Virus record (IMG/VR): IMGVR_UViG_3300022601_000013
Source: a virus
Lineage: Duplodnaviria; Caudoviricetes
DNA length: 64,000 nt
Strand: one strand, 5' to 3'
Shown here: piece after piece, positions 28,340 to 43,300 of the stretch
Numbering within the stretch: position 1 is the stretch's first letter
Layout: each line of letters begins with the position of its first letter
The notes under the pieces: generated by a model
What the model was told of the DNA's origin: nothing
Databases searched by the model: none
What the model saw: the letters and a program-made list of their open reading frames with translations, nothing else
Position numbers and translations under genes: made by a program

Positions 28340-31300
28340 ATGGGAAAATATGATGATGCTATTGGTGGCGGTAAAATAATTCTTAGCGTAGAAGAAATAT
28401 TAAACGAAGAGTCTGCAAAAGCGGTTGACAATAGTATTAAAAAGCAAAAAGCAGAAATAGAAAAACCCGTAACAATAAACATTAGCACACTGCAGGCTCG
28501 CAAGGAGCTTGCAAAGCTCGAAAAATATATTGAACGTATTAAGCATTCTCCAAGACATACTGTTAATACTGATGAGTTTGTAAATATTGCAAAAACACTT
28601 AAGGGTAGCGGAAAGTTTACAAAGGAACTTGAGCATTTAACTAAAGATATTAGTGTAAAAATTAATGGTGCTGTTGTCAATGGCATCGACGATATGATTG
28701 CAGCTTATGAGAAAGGTGCGACAAAGATTGGTAAAATTAAGTTTACTCCTCCAGCCCCAACTTTCTCACAAGAGTACATTGATAAAGCTGAAAAAGATTA
28801 TAAAGGTCATATGATAAAACTTGTTGGCATTTCAAGAAAATTAAATAAAGCAATGTCTGAAAATGCCAGCTTTAATGAAATTGCAGATTTAAAAAACATA
28901 GCTGAAGCCGAAAAAGAATCTATGCAGGAATTAGCTGTTGTTCTTAAAAATAATAACGATTTAATAACAGAAGGAGCAAAGGCTGTAAAGCAATACAGAG
29001 ATGCTGTAAAGCAACTTGACGATATGAAGGTTGGTGATCAGGTTGTAAGTGAGCCCAAAAGTGTAACTGCTACTAAAGAACAGATTAAAGCATTAACACA
29101 ACTTAAAAAGGAAGCTGCAGCCACAAGTAAAGCTTTTTACGAAGCCGACAGCAAGCTTCATGATGTTATCGAACAAGAAAGAAAATTAAAAAATACTTAT
29201 GGTGAAATTACAGATTATATTGAAAAAGTTAATGAAATAAGTACAAAAAGACAGAATGTAAGTCTTGAAGATTTACCTGCTGCGAAGCTGAAAAAACAGC
29301 ATAAAGAATATGTTGATGTTATAGGAAACATACTTAAAGAGGTTATTGCTGCGGGTGGTTCAGGTTATAGAACAAAGCCAACAGAATATAGTGCATACAG
29401 ACATTACCTTGAAAGTGTTGATGATTACAATAAACATACAAATCAAGAATTAAATGACATGCTATCCAGAGTTATGTCTGAAATTCGCAAGGTATACACA
29501 GATACAATAACTGCTTTAACAAATGCTGATAAAAATCAAACAGGACTTGAAAGAGAAGCTGTTTTAAAAAAAAGAGCACTTGCAAAACAACATGCGGATG
29601 CTACTTTGGACTACAACACATCTGCTGACAAATCAAGCGAAGCGACACGTAAACTTTATGATTACGAAAAAGAACTTGAAGAACTTGGTATTAATGTTAA
29701 AGCATTAAGCGAGCAGATAGAGAAGAGTTTAGTTGAAGCGAAAAAGCCTAATAAAAAAATAGAGAAAAAAGACAACGAAGAAGCTATAATTAAGCGTTTC
29801 AATAAACTTATGACTGATATTGGAGCAACAGGCTCAAGAATCGACAAGGAAAATAAAATTAACTCTTCGTGGAATGTTCGTGATATGGTTGCTGAGGCTG
29901 AGGCACAACACAAGTTAAGATATAGTTTATCTCCGTCTGCACTTGGTATTACAGACAAAGATGAGTTAAAAACTTTTAATTCTGAGAAAGGGAAAATTGA
30001 AAGATTTATTAAAGCTTTTGAACCTCTTATTAGTCAATTGACAACAACAGAAAATCATAATTCCAAATATGATAACACTACTGAAGTTAACCAAAAAAAA
30101 CAATTAGATACTATTATACAAAAAAACTCTGCTACAAAAGAAAATGTAGAGGCCATAAAGCAAGAGACAGAAGCTCATAAGGCGAACACTAAAGCAGTTG
30201 AAGCTGAAAAGAATACAAAAGAAAGTATAACTGACAACAAGACTGCAACTGCAAATCTTTCAGATGATAAGAATAAAATAGATGTTACGCCAGTCAGAAA
30301 TGTATCAGAAATCCAAAAAGATATTGATGACACTAAAAATGTTTTAAAAATACAACAGGGATGGATAGACATTTTTGGAAAATATCTTGAAGAAGACTAT
30401 ATGAAATCTTCTGGCAAAAAAGAAGCCACTGAAAAATTAAGAAATGCGGTTAAGCGTTTGATAACATATAGAAGTGATCCTCGTCAATATGAATGGCAAG
30501 CATACGCACAAGAAAAATATGAACTGAATGCTGCAATTGCATACAAACAGGCTGAAAAAATTGGTGTTTCAGACAAAACTTTAACAACATACAGAACTGA
30601 CGCAATAGACCCATATACTTTCAACAAGAATATGGACACAGTTAAACGTGTGGTTGATGAGCATCTTGATATTATAAGCAAGCAGACACAAAAACTTGAG
30701 CAGCTTCAGGCTGAATTAATCTCTGTAAAAGAAAAAGAAATTAAAACAACCGATCAGCCTACTAAATCAAAAATTAAATATTACGAAATAGACGAAAATG
30801 CCGCAAGAATATCAAAACAAATGCGTAGCTTTGATGATTACAAAGAAGGCTCTGCTACAGCTTCATACAAAGCGGCAATTGACAAGATAGCAAAAGTTGT
30901 AGAAGACAAGAAGACTCAATTTCCAGAAAAATCTGAACAGCTTGACAAACTATTCGACAGATATGCTAAGAATTTAGCAACATATATAAACAAGGATAAT
31001 CAAATTGGAGCACGATATCCAAGCGTTATGATTTCTGGTGCAGGAAACTATAATGTAAAGAAACATGACAAACAACTTGCCAGCTGGGGTAAAAATTATC
31101 AGTTTTATGAAGATAAAGTTCTTGCTCTTGAAAATCAAATTAGAACTTTAGGTGGCGGGGCAGAGGTTATTCGTGGGGACGAAGAAAATGCTCTTGAAAA
31201 ACTTGAAGCGAAAGTTGAATATTTGAAGTATTGGCATCAGGTTATGGTTGATGTAAACAAGTATTATAGAAAAAACAAATCATTAGAAGGTTTTGATGGA

Positions 31301-34300
31301 GCAGATACAGACGAGCTTGAAAGAATACAAAAAGATCTTGCCGATATGCAAAAGTTTGGAAGACTTGATGTTCCGTATCCTCAGTTTACACTTGCTAACG
31401 ACAACCAAAACATTAAACGTCTTGAGGGTAGAATAGCTGAACTTAAAAAACTTAAATCAGAGAATAGCTCAAGTAATAATTTACAAGAAGAAAATGATAT
31501 CTATAAGCTGTGGGTTGATAAACAGGATATGCGAATCCGTATATCTTTTGAAATAGGCAAGCCAGAACAAGAAATTATTGACATGCTTAAAGGTAAGGCA
31601 TTTAAATGGTCTCCAAAAAATCAAGCATGGCAAAGACAATTAACTAACAATGCCGTTTATGATACTAAGCAATTAAAAACATCATTAAATGAGTTTTATG
31701 GTATTGAAACACAAGCACAACCTAACACTACTGTAGCAGAAGTTCAGCCAAAAGCACAAGATGAATTGGTAAAAAAAGAAAAAGAACACACTACCGCACT
31801 AATGGAACGCACAAATGCGGCCAATGAGTTTGCACAAATAAATAAAGAAATAATACTTCAGCATCAGAAATCAGAGCCTTTTATGCAAAGATATGGCGAA
31901 ATTACTCAAGATATATTGAATGGTAATGTTGCATTAGAAGAAGCTAACAAACAACTAAACAGTTTTGTGTCAACACTTTCAGAAGTGCCTGAAGAAAAGC
32001 TTAAGTTAATTGCAAATCCAAAAAACAATCAAGAGAAAATTTACAATGCGTTGATTTCTGGCAATGAGTTAGAGCAAAGCAAAAAAGGAATTGTTAACGG
32101 ATATAGTGCCGAAGATAGAACATTAATTGCAAAAGCTATTACAGAAGGTCTTCAGCAAGGTTTAAAGGAAATTAATATTAAATTAGGCAATGGTGGGGAA
32201 TTAGCTATTCCAAGCAATGCAGAAATCGCAAGTACAATTCTTAGCAAATTAGGTTTTACTACTAAAACAGATCCGCTGACAGATTTTGTACAAAAACAAT
32301 TTAAGAAATCTAATATAGTTGGCGTTGCAAGTTCTGGTGACGACCATTATGTTTCGGATAGTAGCAAGTTTTATAAAGTGCCTCGTAGTATAAACAAATC
32401 CGATTTAAACAATGATGACGTACAAATTAGAACTCTTGAATCAATACTTAATTATGTAAATATGTTTTCTGAGGCTACCGAGAAACTTCCAGCAAATGTA
32501 AAAGAGTTTAGATACAAAATTGGATCTGGAACAAAAGCAAAGTCAAAATCTATGTATTTGTTTAAAACAGAAGATGGAAAATATATAGCATTAGATAAAT
32601 CAAGTTTTGATGATGTTAAAAAAGTATCATCTGATATTATGTATAATCCTAAGTTGTTTGACAAAAATGGTACATATACTGGAGCTGTTTATGGTGTAAA
32701 TAATGATAGAGCGTTAACATCTGGACTTTTACCAATAAGTTCAAAAAATGCTGAAGATAATTATAAAAAAGGTATTCCAGTTTCAAAGAGCGTGACTGAA
32801 ACGAACAAAAAGCCGTTAGATTTACTTTCAATTCCTGTAAAAGCAATTGAAGCCGAAAATAAAGCTCTTGATAAGCAAGCTGAGAAAACCGAAAATATTA
32901 TTGAGAACAATAAGAAACTTACATCTTCATACGAAGGACTTGTTGAAGCAGTTGAGCAGTATGTAAATACAAGTAAAAAGCTTTGGGATGCATATGATAA
33001 CAAAAAAGAAACTAACGAACTTACTAAAGAAAGAAACACAGCAATTGATAAAATTAAAACATTTTTCCCAGTTGATAATACCAACGGTATAAGTGCAAAT
33101 CTTACTCAATCTGGATATGAAATGAACTTGCAAGATGGCAATGTTTCAAGGGAATTTGCAAACAAAGGTGCTGAATTTACATTGCAACACATTGAGTCAA
33201 GCATTAAAGCATCTGAAATAGAACTTGAACAATTAAAAGAAAAAACAGAAGCTGAAGAAAAGCTTGCTCAAAACATAGAAAAAACAACAGAAGCAAAAAA
33301 GAAACAACAAAAGGTAATTAAAGAAACTCCTGTGGTGAACGAAGCACCAAAAGAGCAAACTAATGTTGTCAAAGAAAGTGTAAAGATAGCTGAAAAAGAA
33401 CTTGAAACAAAAAAAGAACAACTTAAGGTTGAAAAAGAGATTACTGCTGAAGAAACAAAAAGAGTAAAAACAAAAAAAACAACTAAAACTAAAACGCAAA
33501 TTAACCTTGATGAAGAGGGTAATAACGAAGATGAAAGAGTTGACATCATACAACAAACTGTAGATAAAGCACTTGAACGACTTAGAAACGCAGAAAACAA
33601 TATTGTTCCAAAACTAAACATTGATTTATCTAAAGTAGAAACTCAAGGCGATTTGCAATATCAGATTGGAAATCTTGTGCAATCATCATTAAATGCCGAT
33701 TTGTCTGTTGGTTCTGTTAATATTGATCACGATATAGCTAAAATTTCTTTGTATAATAAAGAACTTGGTTTAGTAACACAACAAATGTGGCAATTAAAAC
33801 AAGTTGAAGATTCGTTACAGTTAGAATTTCTTGATGCAAGTAAGTTAAATGTAAACTTTGAGCAAGCTGAAAAATACGCAATAGCTCAACAAAAAGCAAT
33901 TGATAGTGCTGAAAATTGGCTTATAAATGCTAACAAGAGATTAAATACTCAAAAAAGAAATTACCAGAAATCTCAAAAAAAGATAGCTGGTTCGACAGAA
34001 TTGATAGATGTCGATGCTACAACATTAGAGGCTCAGGCAGACAAAACAATTGATAGTTTGGTAGCTCATATTCAAGATCGTATAAATAGCAACATGGGCA
34101 AAACTGTTTCAGAGGGACTTAAAAATCAAATTGTAAAAGATTTAAATGCACTTGAGAATGAAATTAAAATACGACAATTAGAACAATATACAAGTACTAC
34201 AATGAGTGCATCTGAAGCAGAGTCTGCAAGACAGGTTATCATTAACACAATAGACTCTATAGCCGCAAACGCAAAACGAAAGAATGTGTTTGACCAAATT

Positions 34301-37300
34301 AAAGAAAGTTATGAAAGTTTGCGTTCACGTTTAACAGACAGTTCAATCGAAGGATACATTAGCACTAACTTTACTGATGCTATTAATGAAATGAGAGTTC
34401 TCAGAGCAGATTTATCTAAAAATTCTGCCGAAGAACAAAATCTTAAAAATCTTATTGCCCTTCAAGAAAAATTATATGAAGCAAAAAAGAAGGCAGCAGT
34501 ATTTGATATAAGCGGAGAGTCTAATACTTCTGGTGGAATGAAAGCTCACAGAATTGTTGAAGAATTACAACAACAATATAATGAGTCTGTTAAAGTTTTA
34601 AAAATAGAAGAGCAACGTAATACTATTACTGCACGTCAACAAAAATTACAAGAAGAGTTAAACAAATTTAACTCTGAGCAACGTTCAAAACAACAAGAGA
34701 CAAAAGATAAAGAGCAAGAAACTGCAAACAAAGCAAAACAAGAGCAACCAATAATGCAAACATATGCTTCGTTATTTGATATTACTAAAAACATAAACTC
34801 TATTAATGAGCAAATTATGAAGTATCAAGATAAAAATGATGGTTCGCAAATGTTTGCAAACTATATTTCAAACTTAAAGCTGCAAAGACAAGAGCTTGAA
34901 GTTGAACTTAATACTATAGTTAATGACTTAAGTAATTTTTATGCCAATGGTTATATACAAGGTAATCAAAAAATTAATCCAATTCCTTCAAAGCTTATAG
35001 ACGGAGAAAGCTATAATTCAATTAGTTCGTTTTTAAATGACATTAAAACACAAGCAGTTTTAAGCGAAAAAGAAATTAATGACTTATTAAATAGCTTTCA
35101 AAAAATGAAAGATATGGATATATCTGGTGGAAATAAGATAGCTGATATAATTAAACCTGTATTTGAAACATCTAATAGACTTGATGGTATTCAAGGATTA
35201 AAGCCAGAAAAAACAGCACCATTAGCTGGAATATCAGATACTATAAAAGCGTATGTTGGCAAAATTAAATCAGGAGAAATGTCATGGGATTCTGATGAAA
35301 TACCATATCTTAAACAGCTTATTGAAATGTATGTTAAATATGGCAATACGCTTGCAGATACAGCTGAAAAAGAACAGAAGTATTTTGCTAACAAACAAAA
35401 ATACACTTCTGGAATGAAACTGTCAGATGTTACTAATGTAAATACAGAAAACGAAAAAGCGTATAGTGATATGAGAAAGAAACTTGAAGATACAGCACGT
35501 AAGATGGCTGAAGAGTCTGGCAAGGGTCAGATTTTTACAACAGGTTTCTCTCAGGGTGCTGACGGCATTGCAAAACTTGATTTCTCTGTGTTTGACTCTG
35601 CTACAAAGTCGTTACAAAACTTTAGGCTTGAGATGGGTAATGTAACTAACAATATGTCTGTTACAGAAACAACTGTATCTAAATCGTTGCGTAATATTAA
35701 CGCAGCACGAAAACAACTTGAATCATCATCAAACTTACTTGGTATTTTAAGTAGTTCGGGTGTAAATGTTGGTGATGGTGCAACAAAATCAGTTTCTAAA
35801 CTTGTTACTCAAATTAGTTTGTTAGATACTGAAATGAGCAAAGGGGATAAGGCAGATCAAAGTAAAATTGCAATGTATACAAAGCAGCTTGGAATTATGT
35901 CTTCTGAAATTGATAAAGCATATAAACAAATGCTTAAGATGGAAGATGGTATTAGCAGCGGAACATTAAAAAACAGAGGTGTTATAGATACAAATAGCAA
36001 TGTGTATACCCAAGCAAAACAACAAATTGAATCTTATGCACAGACTATCCCAAACGCAACAGTAAGTATAGGTGCTTTTAATGAACAGACTGGCAAAATA
36101 CCATTTACTATAAATGTAGCCAATCAAGAAATAAGAAAATGCGAAGCCCAAATAAACTCTTTAAATGGACAAATGACAATTCAAGAAAAGAGCGTTAATC
36201 AGCTTAAAACTAATATTACTCAAGCGGCTGGAGCGTATGACAGGTTTAAGGGTTCATTAGCATCTGTTGGCAAACAGTTGGTTACTGCTGTTATTGGTTA
36301 TAATGCTTTTTATAAAGTTATTAGTATGTTTAGAACTGGTGTAGGCTATGTCAAAGAAATTGATTTAGCAATGACTGAGCTTAAAAAAGTAACTAATGAA
36401 ACATCAGAAACATATGATAAGTTTTTAAACAATGCATACAAATCTGCTGGTCAAGTAGGTGCTACAATATCTGACTTTGTACAGGCAAGTGCTAACTTCG
36501 CAAGACTTGGTTATGACCTTGATCAGACATCAGATATGGCACAAACAGCTATTGTGTATAAAAATGTAGCAGACGGCTTAAACAGTATTGACGATGCTAC
36601 TGAAAGTATTGTTTCTACTATGAAAGCATTTAATGTAGAAGCTGATGCTACAATGACTATAGCTGACAAATTCAACGAAGTTGGTAACTCATACGCTATA
36701 ACTTCAGCAGGCATAGGCGAAGCTTTAAAGCGTTCAGCATCATCATTGGCTGCTGCTGGAAACACATTAGATGAGTCAATTGCTCTTGTAACTGGAGCTA
36801 ATGCAGTAGTTCAAAATCCAGAAGTTGTTGGTACAGCATTAAAAACACTTTCGCTCAGAATCAGAGGTGTTAAGACCGAATTAGAAGAAGCTGGTCTTGA
36901 TGCTGAAAACATGGCTGAAACTACGGCAACATTGCATGAAAAATTATTAGCACTTAGCCACGGAAAAGTTGATATATTAAAAAATGCAGACGAGTTTGAA
37001 TCTACAACTGAAATTTTAAGACAACTTGCGTCAGCATGGGAAGATATGACTGATATGGAACAGGCTGCAGCAATTGAGCTCGTAGCTGGTAAACGTCAGG
37101 CAAACGTTGTGTCATCACTTATGACAAACTTTGATATAGTAGAAGATGCAATACAAACATCAATGAAGTCAGAAGGTTCTGCACTTAAAGAAAATCAAAA
37201 ATATCTTAATTCAATACAAGGTAAAACAGAAGCTCTCACAAGATCAACACAAGAGCTTTGGAATGAATTAATAAGTTCAGAAGTAATTAAATATTTTATT

Positions 37301-40300
37301 GATGTAACACAAGGTGTTGTTGATTTTGCTAACGCATTTGGTCCATTAAAAACAACATTGGCTGCAGTATTGACATATTTTATGGCGTTCAAAAAAGTAA
37401 ATCCATTGTTAACAATTCAAGGATTTATAAATCAAATGTCGGCTTATGGAAATGCTTCTACATCGTTGTCAAGCCTTACTGGTTCAATAGGTGTAAGTAA
37501 CTTAGGAACAGCAGAAATAGCTACATACGCAGCAGCTGTACAAAATTTAACGTACCAAAAACAAGCGGCTATACTTGCTACAAACGGTTTAAATCAAGCA
37601 ACTATAAAAGAGATATTACTTGAGAATAAAGCAACAGAAGCTGATATACAATCGGCAATGACACAATCAATTGTTACCAGACAAAAACAAGCTGATACAG
37701 CTGTCAATACAGCTTTAACTATAAGCACAGAAATGGCAAGTAATGCAAAATTAAGCGAGGCTGCAAGCAATTTTCTTTTAGCAAATACTGGGAAAGAGCT
37801 TACAAATCAAATGCTTGCCGAGGCTGTTGGTCGTGGTGCAATTACTAAAGCAACAAAAACAGAAATTGCAGCTAAATTTGGACTTATTGGTGTAAATACT
37901 GGTGTTGCAACATCAATTAAAGGTATTGGAACTGCAATAAGACTCGCCATTAGCTCAAATCCTATAGGGTTTATACTTGCAGTTGTTAGTACTATTGCTA
38001 TGGCTATTCCACTTTTTGATAGATTTAGTCAATCGGCTGAAGAACTTGCACAAGAAATGGAACAGGTTAAAGATGCATACAAACAAGTGTCTGATGAAAT
38101 TAACAGTAATATATCTAAAATCACTGACGTTGAAGACGAATTTAATCGTCTTTCAAAAGGTGTAAGTGACTTAGGCGAAAATATTTCATTATCGGCAGAC
38201 GATTATGCAAGATATCAAGAAATAGTTCAAGAACTTGTTGGTATATCTCCAAGCCTCATTTCTGGATACGACAAGGAAGGTAAAGCTATTGCGAACAAAA
38301 ATAGTTTAATTGAACGTTCAATTGAGCTTATGGAAAGAGAACAACAACTTGAGGCAAAAAAACTTACTACTGGAGATACAGGCAAAAATGTATTAAAAGA
38401 TATTAAAGACAGATACAATAAAACTGCTGGCAAAAAAAGTAGCGAAACACATGATTTTACAATAAATTACAGTGCAAGCCTTAATGATGAAGTGTGGAAG
38501 CATGTGGGTAAAAATGGTTTTGGCACACCAACAATTATTGAAGAAATTATCGGAGAAGATACATATGGCGGTGACGTAGTAGCGTTCGCAAGAGCGGAAT
38601 ACGAGAAGGTCATAGATGATTTAAGAAATGAAAATAGTGTTATTGAAAAATATCTTGGCACAGAATATGCAAACACCTTAAGAGAACGTGTTGCGGAATA
38701 CGAAGATTCTATGAAAATTTTTGATGCCGAATTAAGTAAAATCAAAAGTGAATACAACGAACAACTTTCTAATACCCTATTAGGTTCAGACGAATACTGG
38801 GATCTTAATAGTGATATGAGAGGTTATGCTCAAAGTTACGTTTTAAATCTTGATGTTAATACTGAAAATATAAATGAAAAAGAAAAGGAAGTAGAAGAAT
38901 TTGTTAAGTTCTTGTCTGAACATCAGGATGATTTTTCAGATACTTTTGAAAAAGGATATGATGCAATATCAAAAACAGACGAAAAAGGTATAGCTATATC
39001 GTACAAAAAGTATATTAAAAATGTTGAAGATTTTAAGAAAGAACTTCAAGATAATACAGTTTATAATGACGAGCAAAAGAACTGGATTCTTTCAACACTT
39101 GGTTTTGATACTATAGATGAAGACTTAGAAAAAAAGGTTGATAAAATAAGAAATACATTAATAACAGACATTGCTGGGCCTACGCATAAAAGCGTTGTTG
39201 GACCGTCAAATGACACTGTAGATAAACAAATTGAAATAGGAAACTTTATTAACAGCCTTTCTACTCAAGATCTTGAAATATTTTACACAATTAGTGCAAG
39301 TCCAAACAGTATGACATTTGATGAAATTATTGCCGCAATACAAAAAGTAAAAGATTCAACTGGTGTAGGCGTTATTGGTATTGAAACACAAAGCTCAATT
39401 GTTGAACAGTTTGAAAAACATAAGGAAATTTTAACTCAAACTCAAGAAATCTTTATGGACAATGTTGCTGTAACAGAAGAGTATAAAACAGCATTAACTG
39501 AACTTGGTATTTCTGCAACAGAATTAAATGAATGTTTCTATGAAGCAAATCCGCTTGTTGTAAAAAATGCTGAAAAACTTAAAGAACTTATAAAGAACAC
39601 AAAAAACAATACAGCAAACAATACAAAATTAGCAAAAAGCCAAGCAATGCTTAAGTACACAAAATTGCAGAAGCAAACTCAAGATTTAGCAAAAAGATAT
39701 AAAACTTTAACATCCGCTGAAAAATCACAGTTAAAGGCAATGTATGAAGAAATGTCAGTTTTGCAGAAAAACATTGCTAAATATTCATTACTTGAACACC
39801 AACTTCTTGGAACAGCTAATGCATATGAAGAGTTTGCGAATGCTCAGGAAATAGACAGTAGCAATACTTATACAGAACAAGCTCAAGATATGGCTAATGC
39901 ACTTGCAGAAGCTTTTAATTCAGCAAAGCTTGGTACAGAAAGTGCTCAAGCCGCAATTAAAGGTCTTGTGCCAGAGAGTGTATATAAGGATATTGACATT
40001 CTTGATGATAAAATGCAAGCTATATACGACTATTTCAACGGTGGCACACTTTCAAAATATATCACAATAGAATACAATGATGATGATCATAGTATTGAAA
40101 GAGTCGAAATAACAATGGAGAATATGAAAAAATTCTTCGAAGATGGCAAAACTAATGGTGTGTTTACTGGAACGTGGGATGAGTTTGATTTAGACCCAAC
40201 AATTAATAGTTTAGACCAGCTTGCCGAAAAGATGAATGTTACAAAAGAAGTGGCATTCGCAGTAATGCAAGAAATGGAAAAATATGATATTAATTGGCTT

Positions 40301-43300
40301 GGTGGCGATTTTACTACATTACTTGACAGACTTTCTCCAGATTTTAATAGCCTTGAAAATGAGATTTACAAAACATCTACTGCGATGGCTGAACTTGAAC
40401 AGGAATTCATTAATGGCACTGTCTCGGAAGAAGAGTATGGCGAACAAGTTCAAAAGTTATCTGTTCAAATGAGTGACTTAAACGAAGCGGCAAAAGAAAA
40501 AGCTTTGTCATATATAGAACTTAATAAAGAGATTACTGATGTAACTACAGAATTACAAAATGCACGAAAAGAATTAAACAAAGATCCAGAGAATGAAGAG
40601 GCTTTAAATACTGTTAAAGAGCTATCAGAAAAATACAAAGAGCTTGCAATACGCAAAGCCGAATTGGGCAATTTATCTGAACTTGAAATGGCACAGGCAC
40701 TTGAGGCGGCGAGTATAAATGCAGATAACTTAAATGACTCGTTAAGAGAAGTTGATGGCAATATAGAAACTACAATTGAAGGCTTAGAAAAAACTTATGG
40801 AATTATTGCTAATATAAACTCTGATGGTGGTATTGAACTTTCTATGTCAGGCTCTATGAGCACAGAATTACAAGAACAATTAAAAGGTATAGGAGCTCTT
40901 AAAGATGATGGAACTATTGATATATCTCTGTTCTATAATACTTTAAATGACGAGCAAAAGAAGCAATTTGATTCACTTAATGAGCTTACTGGTAAAAAGA
41001 ACTTAATCGAATATGCAATGAGCATGGATGGTGAAGACGCAGTGCAAGAGGCTCTTGATGGTATTCTTCAAGTATTAACTAATATCTTTGAGCAACTTCA
41101 ACAGCACCCATCTCTTACTATAAATACTTCTTCAGCAAAAACAAATGTAGATAGTGTTTTAACCTCATTAAAAGACATTGTAAATGGCACATGGGATAAA
41201 TCTGTAACTATTACAAGAACTATAAAAGACCGTGTATCAAGTATATTTGGTTCTGGTCAAGCTAACGGTAATGCAAATGTTAAAGGAAATGCGTATGTTA
41301 ATGGTAAGTTTGGAGCACCAAAAACAGAGGAATCACTTGTTGGCGAACTTGGCCCAGAAATGCGTGTGCGTGGAAACAGATGGGAATTACTTGGAGAAAA
41401 TGGTGCAGAGTTTACAGAAGTTAAAAAAGATGACATAATCTTTAACCATAAACAAACAAAACAACTCCTTGAAAATGGTCATATAAATTCTCGTGGAAAG
41501 GCATATGCTTCTGGAACAGCGTATGCTGGTATTAACACATGGGTAAGTGGCTATCACGATACAAGTGGTAGCGGCAATGGAGATAGTTCATCTTCAGATG
41601 ACGCTAAAGACGAATTCAAAGAAGTCTTCGATTGGTTTGAAGTTAAACTTGAAGAAATCAATGAGTTACTTGATTTATGGGCTGCTCAACTTGAAAATAT
41701 AGTTGATATTTCTGGCAAGGGTGCAAAGATAGATAGTATTATTGACCAAAACAAATATAAGCTTGATATACTTGCACAAGGTCTTAAGCTTTATGAAAAT
41801 TATACAAATCAATTATTAACTGATATTCCTGCACAGTATAGAGAGGCTGCCAAGAACGGAAAAATTGCAATAGAAACATTTGCTGGCGATGCTGGTGAAA
41901 AGACTCTTGAAGCAATAAACAATTATAGAGACTGGGCTCAAAAGGTTGCTGATGTTAAACAGCAAATGGAAGAACTTACTCAGACAATTGCTGATTTAGC
42001 TAAACAGAAATTTGATATTATTGATGAAGGATATGGTAATAAAATAACTCTTATGGAGCTTCAGATTGACAGGTTGAAAGATTCTGTTCAGTTGATAGAA
42101 GATAAGGGTAATATTGCTGCTTCTCAATATTATGATGCAATGACTAATATAACAAATGATAGAATTAGCAAATTACAAGAAGAACATAAGCTGTTACAGA
42201 AGTCGTTAGACGAATCTGTTGAGGCTGGAGATATTGCTAAATATTCTGATAGATGGTATGAAATGGTTGAAGCAATATATACTGTTGACCAAGAAATCAT
42301 GGAATGCACATCAGACCTTGAAGAATTCCAAAATGCAATCAATGAAATTCATTGGAATAATTTTGATGAGTTAGTTAACAGACTTGAGTACTTACAATCA
42401 GAAACTGATAGCTTAATTGACTTAATGGAGCAAACTGGTGAAATTATTGATTATCCAAAAGATAATGAATACTGGGGAGCAAAGGATGTTGCGTGGAGCA
42501 AAGAGGGCATTACATCTTTAGGATTGTATGCTCAAAAAATGGAAATTGCTGAATACACATCTGAACAATATGCTAAGGCAATTGATAATCTTAATAAAGA
42601 TTATAAGGCTGGTAAGTATAGTGTTAGTGAATATCAGGAGAAACTTGATGAATTAAAACAAGCTCAGTATGACTCAATTAAAACCTACTATGATGCTCAA
42701 GATGCAATTGTAGACCTTAATAAAACCAGAGTTGATGCAATAAAAGATGGCATTAATAAGGAAATAGAAGCATACGAAAAACTTATAAACAAAAAGAAAG
42801 AAGAGCTTAGTGTCGAAAAGGATATGTATGACTTCCAGAAAGATATAGCTGAGAAACAAAAAGATATAAGTGCAATTGAAAGAAAAATATCAGCATTATC
42901 TATGGACAATTCCGCTTCAGCAGTAGCACAAAGAAAGAAACTTGAAGCAGAACTTGCAGAAGCTAAAAACACTCTTGATGAAACATATTACGACAGAAGC
43001 ATCACAGACCAACAAAACGCCCTTGATAAGGAACTTGAAAGCTTTAAAGAACAAAAAGATGCTGAAATAGAAAAGTGGGAAGAATATTTAGAAGATGTTC
43101 AAAAAGTTGTAGCAGATAGTCTTGGTATTGTGCAGACAAATGCTATTGGTGTTTATGACACATTATCTGAAAAGGCTTCTGAATATAATTTAACATTGTC
43201 AAATTCCATAACAACTCCTTGGAAGGACGGTATGAATGCCGTTAGTTCATATCAAGAAACATTTAATACTGCTTCAAGCTCTACATATGAACAGCTTGGT

